64,000 bases of DNA from Squalus acanthias (Eukaryota). Below the pieces are notes generated by a model, which was given only the letters and a program-made list of their open reading frames with translations, searched no databases and was not told where the DNA came from. Positions within the stretch are counted from its first letter, which is position 1. Each line of letters opens with the position of its first letter. Of this stretch, positions 12,091-23,519 are shown piece by piece. The stretch spans positions 113,338,001-113,402,000 of the forward strand of contig CM059432.1 in assembly GCA_030390025.1 (NCBI GenBank). Reading direction: 5' to 3'. A program made the translations under genes and the position numbers.

Positions 12091-13271
12091 GGAGTCATAG
12101 AGTCATAGAGTTATACAGCACAGAAAGAGGCCCTTTGGCCCATCGTGTCCGCACCAGCCATCAAGCCCTGTCTATTCTAATCCCATTTTCCAGCACTTGG
12201 TCCGTAGCCTTGTATGCTATGGCGTTTCAAGTGCTCATCTAAATGCTTCTTGAATGTTGTGAGGGTTCCTGCCTCTACCACCCTTTCAGGCAGTGAGTTC
12301 CAGCTTCCAACCACCCTCTGGGTGAAAAAGTTTTTCCTCAAATCCCCTCTAAACCTCCTGCCCCTTACCTTGAAACTATGCTCCCTGGTTATTGACCCCT
12401 CTACTAAGGGGAAAAGTTCCTTTCTATCTATCCTATCTATCCCCCTCATAATTTTGTACACCTCAATCAGGTCCCCTCTCAGCCTTCTCTGCTCTAAGGA
12501 AAACAACCCCAGCCTGTCCAGTCTCTCTTCATAGCTGAAGCGCTGCAGCCCAGGTAACATCCTGGTGAATCTCTTTTGCACCCTCTCCAATGCAATCACA
12601 TCCTTCCTATAGTGTGGCGACCAGAACTGCACACAGTATTCCAGCTGTGGCCTAACTAGCGTTTTGTACAGCTCCATCATAACCTCCCTGCTCTTATATT
12701 CTATGTCTCGGCTAATGAAGGCAAGTATCCCATATGCCTTTTTAACCACCTTATCTACCTGTCCTGCTGCCTTCAGGGATCTATGTACATGCACACCAAG
12801 GCCACTCTGATCCTCTGTCCTTCCAAGGGTCCTACCATTCATTGTGTATTCCCTTGCCTTGTTAGTCCTCCCAAAATGCATCACCTCACACTTTTCAGGG
12901 ATAAATTCCATTTGCCACTGTTCTGCCCATCTGACAAACCCGTCTATATCGTCCTGTAGCCTGAGGCTTCCCTCCTCGCTATTTACCACCCCACCAATTT
13001 TCGTGTCATCTGCAAACTTACTGATCATACCTCCTACATTCATATCTAAATCATTAATGTACACTACAAACAGCAAGGGACCCAGCACCGATCCCTGCGG
13101 TACACCACTGGACACAGGCTTCCAGTCACAAAAACAACCTTCGACCATCACCCTCTGCCTCCTGCCACTAAGCCAATTTTGGATCCAATGTGCCAAGTTG
13201 CCCTGGATCCCATGGGCTTTTACCTTCTTGACCAGTCTCCCATGCGGGACTTTGTCAAAAGCCTTACTGAA
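12091..13271 (-). mobile_element. CR1 LINE, 5'-truncated, (CTCTATGA)n-tail family
   Basis: 339-aa RT ORF; same family as 40606-43784; no clear TSD. Confidence 0.95.
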
Positions 13272-16061
13272 CTACCTCGTAGTTTAATGGTGGTTTGTAT
13301 GAGAACAGCGGCTGCATTGGAACAGCTGGGGTGTTGGTCGGACAGCCCTTTGAAGATCATGAAGAGTAAGTTGCCCAGCTGGTTATGGGGCAAACATTTG
13401 GAAATGACCTCTGTGATTTGAGAGCATGAGTTAAAGAGGACTGAATTGTCAGGGTTAACCAACTGTTCTCTGACTCTTTTCAGTCCCTCTAACTGCTCCG
13501 TTTGCTGAACTAGATTGGTGCCTTCACATGACAAATGAATGGCCAGGATTATGTACAAAGAGTCCAGGACCATCTGTCGAACGGGAAGCGATAGGTCTGC
13601 ACAGTGTGGCATCAGTCGCCCAATCGGAGTCCCCATGTTATTTCCAGGCACTACATTACTAACATTGAGCTTCCTCCAGTAAAGTTTCAGAAGCTCCAAG
13701 GTCATTTCCATGGCTCTCTCTCGTTCATGGTCTTTTGTTGAACTGATCCAGGCTTCTACATGTTTGAAAATGGCCTCAAGTCCTTGAGGAGACAGGTCCT
13801 GAAGTAATACTTGCTTCAGCAGATTTTGCAGCGAATCTGTGGTTTGGGCATAAAGTGTGGCCGTCTCCTTTGTATTATTATGTGTCCTCGTCATTGTTCA
13901 GTTCTGGAGGTACCAAGTCGAATGTACTGATCAGGCAGCTTTGAATCAATTGGCAGGTGTCAGCTTGGATTGATTCACTGTGTAGTTTCACGAGATGCGT
14001 GCAGGCGTCCATGGCTAACTGTCCAACAGGGCTCTGCAGCAGCTCTGGTGGCTCGGCCTCGATAAGATCCTGCATGTATGTCAGCAGCACCCTGCTTCTA
14101 ATAAAGTTGATGGGAAGTCTCCAGCGATTTATATATAGGGATCTGGCTATCTGAGTCACGGTCTGTATTAGGCTGAGCTTGAGTGTGAGATCCCTGGATT
14201 CAGCCTTTATCCCCTGCCCACTTGTAATTAAATGACTAAGAGCTGGTAGAATGTGACTCTCGATTGTGAACAGCAGTTCGACAGGTTCGCAGACTGCCAT
14301 GTTCCCATAGCACAGAACCAGTGTGCTCATGACTTTAATCGATTCCTCATCAGCCTTGACCCTAAATCTGTTGGCGTTAGCAAACTCCTCCAGGCTACTG
14401 AGCGTATCATCAAAATGTGCCATGGCACTGAAACCAATGGCGAGGGCTGCTCTCTCTCGCTCTGCGCTCTCTCTGTGCTGCACACTCAGTAGCATTTGGT
14501 GAAGCTCCTCCCTTACGTTCCTAGTGCGGGTCTGGCGGAGCACTGACGCAAGAGATTTATATAGAAAGCCCTTCTCTTGTGGGGAATGATGGTTGGTGTT
14601 GAGTTGTTTTGATATTTCATCAGCGAGCTGACATGTCCACTCCTCGTCATCAAACATATTTAAAGCTCGGCACAAGACCGCCAATAATTTATTCTCCCAT
14701 TCCGATTGGGACAGAGACTGCTCAGAATTTTCCAGTAAATGGTCAACTAATGGGGCCAGCTCATCTCCCACCACCTCACTGATTCTGAGTGGACATTGAG
14801 ACTCAGGACTTTCAGTAGACTCAGTGCCACAGTTCCTCGGCCTCCTCCCTGATATGGGCAACAAGACACAGTGAGGAGCCGGGTCAGCAGTGCCTGGGCT
14901 TTAGGGAGATTGGCATTTTCATTGTAAGTAAGGGAAAAGCTTTCACTACCGACTCGCTGTTTCTTTTTCCCAATATGTATGAACAACTGCAGATTATTGT
15001 TAAAGCCTTGGTGTACTGGGTGATCGTGACAAACTCCAGTAAGGATGGCCAAAGGACATCCTCCATCTTCACTGCAGTTGTGATTAAACACATCACTCTT
15101 TCACATAGTGTGACTAATTCTTCATCTGTTACTGGGTCTGGCTGATGATTGGGTGGTACCAGGGTCCCTGAACCAACGGGTGCAGCACACTGTTGGATGA
15201 GGAATTGTACCATTGCCTTTCCTCCCTCGGCCTCAAGGTAACCTTGCTGGGCCATGACACATATTACCTGGGCAATGAGCGTCTTCGCCTGATTGCTGCT
15301 CTTGTCTAGAAGGACTGGTTTTATTGTAGCCACAATCTGAGCCTCTTCCTCTCCAAGTGCGATGAGACCGATGTGATGATGTGCTTCAGTACAGTGAGTG
15401 TTCCTAGTTTCATTTATTGGTCAGCATTCTCTAACTGAGAGAGGAGAAATTCCACCATTTTGTCTGCATAAGCTGGGGCCAGAACTCTGAAAGAGCGAAG
15501 GATCTCAGTCTGGTTCTTCACAGCAAGATCATCAGTAGACTCCAGCAAAACACAAATCTGCTGGTGGAACTTGTTAAGAAGGATGTCCATTTGTGACTTT
15601 AGCCCAAGACATCTCTGTCACAACATCCATCTCATGCAGAAATGCACAGTTTGTAGCACTTTGCTGTATTTTGTCCAACCCTAGGTTTCTGTGTTGTCAT
15701 GGTTTTCATTGTGAGGCCAGGTTACATAAGCCCTCAGTTGTGATGTGGCCCTGGGTCATGTGCCCATATAAGTCCTGCCAGCTCTTTGTGGCAGTTTAAG
15801 GTGGGTGCTGAGGGTTAAGGCCCAGACCTGAGACACAGACCATACGGACAAGGCAACATTCCCAACCCTTGGCAGCCATATTGGATTGAGCAGCTGTTTG
15901 TTCCTAATAAAGAACCCACCGCACCACAGACATTCAAAGTACTTGTGACAAAAGATGTGGAAATGGGAGTCTAGGGCAGACATTTCTAGCAGAATTGCCC
16001 CAAATTGGGATCTTCATGTGTCAGGGATTGAAGCTGCTTAATGATGTCATCAGGAAGTTGC

Positions 16062-16361
16062 TGTGACATCAGAGTGGCCTGTTGTGAAATCACAGCAGCC
16101 CGTTGTGACATCAGAGCGGCCCGTTGTGACATCAGAACGGCCCATTGTGACATCAGAGTGGCCCGTTGTGACATCAGAACGGCCCGTTGTGACATCAGAA
16201 CGGCCCATTGTGACATCAGGGCGGCCCGTTGTGACATCAGAACGGCCCATTGTGACATCAGAGCGGCCCGTTGTGACATCAGAGCGGCCCGTTGTGACAT
16301 CAGAGTGGCCCGTTGTGACATCAGAGCGGCCCGTTGTGACATCAGAACGGCCCATTGTGAC
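16062..16361. repeat. 21-bp minisatellite (~14 units)
   Basis: Unit tgtgacatcagagcggcccgt with minor variants. Confidence 0.95.
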
Positions 16362-16911
16362 ATTTGTTCCATTCTTGTCTCCTTTAAAATCCTTGTTGTC
16401 TATTGCCCACCACCCCTGATTTCTCACCCACATATCTTCCCTACTTTCCTCCTTCAGCCTCTGCACTCCTCATCCGTGGTCATTTCAATCTCCATCTCAA
16501 CTCCCTTTGTCCTTTCTCCTCCGATTTTACTGCCCTCTACTTTGCCGTCTCTCCTGGCCTCACTGCTTGCATGGTCTCAATCACTGACAAGGCCATCTCT
16601 GACCATTCATTTTATCCCCGTAATCCCCTACCACATTCCAACCTTATTTCCATCTGTGTCCATCCCTGCAAAAAACTCTTACAGGAAGATAGGAATAGAA
16701 GGAAGCCATTCAGCCCCTCGGGTGTGCTCCACCATTCAATGAGATCCTGGCTGATCTGTACCTCAACTCCATTCACCCACCATTGCTCCATTTGCCTTCA
16801 TAACCTCACCCAACAAAAACCCATCAGTCTGATTTCACTGATCAACGATTGATATCGCACCATTATGCAGCACCTATTCAGATAGAGGTCTGTAGCTCTC
16901 CACTCACTCAG

Positions 16912-17710
16912 CAACAACCACAACAACCTATATTAGCATAGTGTCTTTAAAGCAGTAAAACATCACAATGCACTTCAGAGGAGTTTTATAAAACTAAATT
17001 TGACACCGAACCACACAGGGAGAAATTAGGGCAGATGACCAAACGCTTGGTCAATGAGATAGGTTTTAAGGAGTGTCTTAAAGGAGGAAAGAGAGGTCGA
17101 GAGGTGGAGAGATTTAGGGAGGGAATTCCAGAGCTTCGGGCCTTGGCAGCTGAAGACACGGCCACCAATGGCTGAGCGATTAAAATCAGGGTTACTCTAG
17201 AGGCCAGAAATAGAGGAGCGCGGATATCTCGGGGGGTTGTGGGGCTGGAGGAAATTACAGAGATGGGGAGGGGCGAGGCCATGGAGGGATTTGAAAACAA
17301 GGATGAGAATTTTAATATTGAAGCGTTGCTTAACCAGGAGCCAATGTAGGTCTGCGAGCACAGGGGTGACGGGTGAATGGGACTTGGTGCGAGTTAGGAC
17401 ACGGGCAGCCGAGTTTTGGATGACCTCAAGTTTGCGTAGGAGATAGTGGGAGGCCAGCCAGGAGTGCGTTGGAATAGTCAAGTCTAGAGGTAACAAAGGC
17501 ATGGATGAGGGTTTCAGCAGCGGATGAGCTGAGGCGGGGTGGAGTTGGGCGATGTTATGGAGGTGGAAATAGGCAGTCTTAGTTATACCGAGAATATGTG
17601 GCCGAAAGCTCATTTCTGGTTCAAATATGCCACTAAGGTTGCGAAGAGTCTGGTTCAGCCTCAGGCAAATGCTATGTAGAGGGATGGAGTCAATGGCTAG
17701 GGAACGGACT
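16912..17710 (-). mobile_element. L2 LINE 3' fragment
   Basis: KTAYFHLHNIA, KLEVIQNSAARVLTRT, LADLHWL, FKSLHGLAPP; (TTG)n-like tail at ~16912-16927. Confidence 0.85.
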
Positions 17711-17809
17711 TTGGCCGCACTTTTACTAACCTTGGCGGGTCCGTGGCGAGCGACATCGGTGGTGGGTCCCGACCCCGCTGCTGTCTCCATCCCGGCTCTC
17801 TGAAATGAA

Positions 17810-19323
17810 CTGATGCTGATCATCTTCCAACATTCGATGGAATCTGGAACTGTACCCATGGATTGGAGGGTAGCTAATGTTACCCCACTATTCAAAATGG
17901 GTGGTAGAGAGAAAGCGGGGAATTACAGACCGGTAAGCCTGACATCGGTAGTGGGGAAAATGCTAGAGTCCATTATAAAGGATGTAATAGCTGAGTACTT
18001 GGAAAACAGTGACAGGATCGGACAAAGTCAACATGGATTTACAAAAGGTAAATCGTGCTTGACTAATCTACTGGAATTTTTTGAGGATGTAACTGGGAAA
18101 ATAGATAAGGGAGAACCAGTAGATGTGGTGTATTTGGACTTTCAAAAGGCTTTCGATAAGGTCCCGCATATGAGATTAGCATATAAAGTTAAGGCATATG
18201 GGATTGGGGGCAAGGTATTGACTTGGATAGAGAACTGGTTGGCGGACAGAAAGCAGAGAGTAGGAATTAATGGGTCTTTTTCCGAGTGGCAGGCAGTGAC
18301 TAGTGGGGTACCGCAGGGTTCGGTCCTTGGACCCCAGCTATTCACAATATACATTAATAATCTGGATAAGGGAACTAAATGTAATATCTCCAAGTTTGCA
18401 GATGACACAAAGCTGGGTGGGCGTGTGTGCTCCGAGGAGGATACTGAGAAACTCCAGGATGATTTGGACAGGTTGGGTGAGTGGGCAGAAGCGTGGCAGA
18501 TGCAATATAACGTGGATAAATGCGAGGTTATCCACTTTGGTGTCAAAAACAGAAAGGCAGACTATTATCTGAATGGCAATAGATTGGGAGAAGGGGAAGT
18601 GCAACGAGACCTGGGTGTCCTTGTGCACCAGTCGCTGAAGGTAAGCATGCAGGTGCAGCAGGCGGTGAAGAAGGCAAATGGTATGTTGGCCTTCATAGCG
18701 AAAGGGCTTGAGTACAGGAACAGGGATGTCCTGCTGCAGTTGTACAGGGCCTTGGTGCGACCACACCTTGAGTACTGTGTGCAGTTTTGGTCGCCTTATC
18801 TGAGAAAGGATGCTCTTGCCATGGAAGGAGTTCAGCAAAGATTCACAAGGCTGATACCTGGGATGGCAGGAATGACATATGAGGAGAGATTGGGTCGATT
18901 GGGCTTATACTCGCTGGAGTATAGAAGAATGAGAGGGGATCTCATCGAAACATATAAAATTCTGACAGGTCTGGACAAACTAGATGCAGGAAGAATGTTC
19001 CCGATGGTCGGAGAGTCCAGAACCAGGGGTCATAATCTAAGGATAAGGGGTAAGCCATTTAGGACAGAAATGAGGAAGAATTTGTTCACCTAGAGAGTGG
19101 TGAACCTGTGGAATTCTCTACCACAGAAGGTAGTTGAGGCCAAGTCATTAAATATATTCAAGAATGAGTTAGATATATTGCTTAACGCTAAAGGTATCAA
19201 GGGATATGGGGAGAAGGCAGGTACAGGGTACTGAGTTTGGATGATCAGCCATGATCTCATCGAATGGCGGAGCAGGCTTGAGGGGCCGAATGGCCTACTC
19301 CTGCTCCTATCTTCTATGTTTCT
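17810..19323 (+). mobile_element. CR1 LINE, 5'-truncated (RT)
   Basis: 426-aa RT ORF ending in a premature TAG at 19091; possible ATGAA TSD (17805-17809, 19324-19328). Confidence 0.95.
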
Positions 19324-19499
19324 ATGAATTTCCCCTGATTGGGCTTGTTAAGCCCGCCCAGCGCATTTCCAGGCCAATTAGAGGAAGCGTCATTTGATGA
19401 CGCGTCATTAGCGGGTTTCCTTAAAGGGGCCATGTCCAAATTTATTTTGCCATTTGGGCTGTCGGTGTTCTACAGCATTGAGGTGCTGCAAACACTGAC

Positions 19500-19735
19500 A
19501 AGCACTGCACAGAGGTGCAGGGCTGCACCCAGGCTCTCCCATGACTCCCTGCATATGCTCCCTCCAGAGCACGCAGGGTGGTCCTCTTCCCTTCCCATGA
19601 GCGGAAGAGACCTCCCCAGGAGATCAACACAGCCTGGTTGCACTTTGCGGATTGGGCACAAGCAGGGATGTGGTCAGGAGGACCTGGGAGCAGTGGCGCA
19701 AACCTTTCAAGGATCACAGTAGATCACGAAACGTT
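19500..19735 (+). pseudogene. Harbinger Myb/SANT exon-1 remnant
   Basis: Across frameshifts: RAAPRLSHDSLHML / VVLFPSHERKRPPQEINTAWLHFA / SRDVVRRTWEQWRKPFKD; lies in a decayed element (~17710-20140) split by the CR1. Confidence 0.65.
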
Positions 19736-20183
19736 ACTGCAAAGCCACATTCAACCTCATCCTGCTCTGCCTCTCATCACATCCCTATCACTCTGCAATC
19801 ATTCCAACTAACAACACATAAGGGTAGGCACTTGGGTATTTTATGCAATGTTCACGTAAAGTTTCTGTTAAAGTGGTGTCAAGCATTGAAACCTTTATTT
19901 TCAACACTTTGCTTTCTTGGACAGATTTGTGTGCACTTTTGGAAGTGGCTTAGTGAGTTGCAGTGAATGGTGAGACATAACGGTACCCCCTGCAATGGTG
20001 ATGAGAGTGAAACGAATGGCTTGGAGAAGGTGAGAGAGTATAAAGGGCACCCATGCTGATGGATAGATGGTAGGTGAAGTAGAGATGACAGAAGCAATCG
20101 GTCAATGGTGAGAGGTAATGAGCAATGTTCTCTCTAAAGGGCACGGGTGTACAGCGATTTGCAAGGTCCCATGCAGTCAAATT

Positions 20184-20290
20184 CCCGGGGCGGGGCCCAG
20201 CGGCCAGAGTGTGAGCCAGCAGAGAGCGAGAGACACAGTGTCATTGGGGGCGGGGCAGAGGGGAAAGTTTCATCTGATTGGCTGCCAGCT
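20184..20290. promoter_or_regulatory. GC-box/CCAAT cluster (possible promoter)
   Basis: GGGGCGGGG at ~20187 and ~20247; GATTGG (reverse CCAAT) at ~20276. Confidence 0.3.
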
Positions 20291-20302
20291 CTTACACAGT
20301 GC

Positions 20303-21219
20303 TGTCAGTGTGTGTGGATTGGAGGAGGTGAGCAAGCTCTGGGTCAAGGGCAGGGTAGGAATCAGTATGTGTGGGTTGGAGGAGGTGAGCAAGCTCTGGG
20401 TCAAGGGCAGGGTAGGAATCAGTATGTGTGGGTTGGAGGAGGTGAGCAAGCTCTGGGTCAAGGGCAGAGTAGGAATCAGTATGTGTGGGTTGGAGGAGGT
20501 GAGCAAGCTCTGGGTCAAGGGCAGGGTAGGAATCAGTATGTGTGGGTTGGAGGAGGTGAGCAAGCTCTGGGTCAAGGGCAGAGTAGGAATCAGTATGTGT
20601 GGGTTGGAGGAGGTGAGCAAGCTCTGGGTCAAGGGCAGGGTAGGAATCAGTATGTGTGGGTTGGAGGAGGTGAGCAAGCTCTGGGTCAAGGGCCGGTTCG
20701 GAGTCATTCTGTGTGGATTGGAAGAGGTGGGCAGGCTCTTGGCCCATTGCAGGGTAGGAGTCAGTGTGTGTGGATTGGAGGAGGTGAGCAGGCTCTGGGC
20801 CAATGTCCGGGTGGGTGTCAGTGTGTGTGGATTGGAGGAGGTGAGTAGGCTCTGGGCCAATGGCAGGGTAGGTGTCAGTGTGTGTGGATTGGAGGAGGTG
20901 AGCAGGCTCTGGGCCAATGGCCGGGTAGGTGTCAGTGTGTGTGGATTGGAGGAGGTGAGCAGGCTCTGGGCCAATGTCCGGGTAGGTGTCAGTGTGTGTG
21001 GATTGGAGGAGGTGAGCAGGCTGTGGGCCAATGGCAGGGCAGGAGTCAGTGTGTGTGGATTGGAGGAGGTGAGCAGGCTCTGGGCCCATTGCAGGGTAGG
21101 TGTCAGTGTGTGTGGATTGGAGGAGGTGAGCAGGCTGTGGGCCAATGGCAGGGTAGGTGTCAGTGTGTGTGGATTGGAGGAGGTGAGCAGGCTCTGGGCC
21201 AATGGCAGGGTAGGAGTCA
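20303..21219 (+). repeat. 57-bp minisatellite array 2 (~16 units)
   Basis: Same unit as array 1; first ~7 units form a homogenised variant block (gtcaagggc...gaatcagtatg). Confidence 0.95.
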
Positions 21220-21221
21220 CT

Positions 21222-21945
21222 GGGGGAATAATTTCTTCCCGCCCCCTTTGGGGCGCTAACTTCGCCGGGGCGCTAAAGGTAGAAAAAGTTAGCACCCCCG
21301 TGACCGAAATTCAATTGTAGTGCCCCAAGCTGGAGGTGGGGCGCTACTGCAAGTGTCCCGCCTCCCTCTTGGGGCGCTACCAGTGAATATCTGGGCACTG
21401 CTGCATGTTGCGGCACGGTACTGCAGGCCTTCCTCCCCTTATTAAAGATGAGGGGCCTAGCGCAGCGTGGGCCACCAGGGATAGAGTTCCAGCAAAAGAG
21501 CCCGGCACTCAAGAGGAGAGCCGGGCTCACGGAGCGCAGCTGGCACTCCGCGGGGGGGGCTTCACTGGAGGCCGGGGACGGCAACGGGGGCAGGTGCTGG
21601 CATGCGGCCAGCAACAAAAATGGCTGCCCGGCACCTCCCTTTTAAATATTGCCGCCCCAGCCGCACATACGCCCCCCTGACCCTGTCGGACATAGAGTAT
21701 GGTGATAATCCAGGGGGCGCTACTGAAGATCGCAGCTGGGGCGCGAGCGGGGCGCTGCGCATGGCGATGACGCCATCGCCAGAGGCGCTACACCATGGAG
21801 CACTACCAGTTACCGCCGCTGCTAACCTCCCGCTGAATTTCGGGAGGTGTTAGCGGTGCCGCGCCCGGGCGCTAGGTGGTTTGCGCTCCATTAGTGCCCT
21901 CTTAGGGCACTTACGGGAGGCGCAAAGCAACCGAACTTTGCCCCC
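21222..21945 (+). mobile_element. Harbinger-type MITE (family B, CpG-rich)
   Basis: GGGGGAATAATTT...AACTTTGCCCCC termini; last ~90 bp similar to the family A right end; TSD not evident. Confidence 0.7.
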
Positions 21946-22781
21946 AAAAGGATACTTTATTATTGTGACAGTACCCCTTTAAAAGCAAGGTCCCCATCAT
22001 AATCAATCTCCTTCCCTTTTCAATCGATTACCTCTTACTAATAAATGCGTGCCAGTAGTAAAATGCCAATCTTCCACTGTATATCTTTTTCTAGTCGTCG
22101 AAGGATGTGCTGTGTTGGTATTTTAAATGTCATCTTGATTTTTATCAGACCAAACCAAACATTTCAAAGAAAGAAGCTTGTCCTTGGGGGGAACTGCCCT
22201 TAAAACTTGGGGCGAAGGTCTTTCAAACCATTCCTGGGTGAGTTTTTTCTTCTTCATTTTAATTAAAAACAACACTGCTGTTATCTTCGTCTCCATTACA
22301 TTAAACCCAACCTTGAAATGAAAGACGTCACCCTCAAGGGAACATGCTTGTAAAAATGTTTATTTATAGAAAAACTTTGAGCTGCTGTCTCTGTGCAAGT
22401 GGAAATTGTTTGCCCTAAATACACTTTTGCTTGGTTTAGAAATCAGAAGGGTACATACATCTAAACAGTGTGTCAGTGTGTGTGTCGGTGCTAGATAATG
22501 TAAACACAAGTGAATAATGCTGTTTGAATAGGCCATCAACGTGAATATTGCCAGAAGCTCATTTACTGTTTGGGGGTATTGCTGAGTTAACTGTATTGTA
22601 TTCCAGTAGTGAGGGATTGAGTTTGAGGCTTAACAGCTCTTTATTGTGATCACCAAGATTACCTCCATCACGTCGAGGTCTTTGGAGTGGATGGTGTTGC
22701 CCGACACTCAGCTTCAATATATACGACAGATTAACAATAGATTGCCTTCACTTCTGCTTCTGCAGCGGGATGTAACAGAAC

Positions 22782-23228
22782 AGAGATTGGGTCGATTGGG
22801 CTTATACTCGCTAGAGTTTCGAAGAATGAGAGGGGATCTCATTGAAACTTATAAAATTCTAACAGGACTAGACAGACTAGATGCAGGAAGGATGTTCCCG
22901 ATGGCGGGGGAGTCCAGAACCACAGGTCACAGTCTAAGGATAAGGGGTAAGCCATTTAGGACTGAGATGAGGAGGAATTTCTTCACCCAGAGAGTGGTGA
23001 ACCTGTGGAATTCTCTACCACAGAAGGCAGTTGAGGCCAAGTCATTAAATATATTCAAGAAGGAGATAGATATATTTCTTAAGGCTAAAGGGATCAAGGG
23101 ATATGGGGAGAAGGCAGGTACAGGGTACTGAGTTTGGATGATCAGCCATGATCTCATTAAATGGCGGAGCAGGCTCGAGGGGCCGAAAGGCCTACTCCTG
23201 CTCCTATCTTCTATGCTTCTATGCTTCT
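22782..23228 (+). mobile_element. CR1 LINE 3' fragment
   Basis: RLGRLGLYSLEFRRMRGDLIETYKI...KGYGEKAGTGY* plus tail. Confidence 0.9.
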
Positions 23229-23519
23229 AACTCACTCCATCCCTTTTCCAGTCATCGTCCATTTCTTTGTTTGTTACTGAGATTTGAATAATTTGATGCA
23301 GAAATGCCACTGTTGTGTAGTCTACCCATACCCAACTTCACCCAGTTTTGGTACTATTTCACAATATACATACTTTCACGACTGGAATGCAATAATTAAC
23401 TCATCCATAATGATTACAATGGCTGAAGATTGTTTCAAATAGAGATACATGGGGTACAGTAGCACAGTGGTTACATTACTAGACTAGTAATCCACAGGCC
23501 TGGACTAATGATCAGGAGA

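Larger units (their letters stand above)
8560..15650 (-). pseudogene. MROH1: Intronless MROH1-like (maestro HEAT-like repeat) pseudogene
   Basis: Colinear ORF pieces resemble MROH1 as I recall it (QQICVLLES..KNQTEILRSFRVLA, QVICVMAQQGYLEAEGGKAMVQFLIQQCA, DVLWPSLLEF, TLVLCYGNMA, WISSTKDHERERAM, LFPQLFSALL, LCVRGLGN, LLMHLD); stops and frameshifts; no introns; minus-strand AATAAA at 8558-8563. Confidence 0.85.

Noticed and set aside
9476..13271. RTE and CR1 segments as introns of an intact MROH gene
   Set aside because: They are TE insertions (the RTE has a TSD), and the MROH frame has independent stops (e.g. TGA at ~9389) and frameshifts.
20118..21320. 400-aa repeat protein and similar ORFs at 4648-5111
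   Set aside because: 57-bp minisatellite open in most frames; one unit near 4890 has a 2-bp deletion; no coding evidence.
22149..22237. Plus-strand exon candidate (tttatcag...GG|gtgagt)
   Set aside because: Splice-like motifs only, with no recognisable peptide or partner exons; too weak to call.
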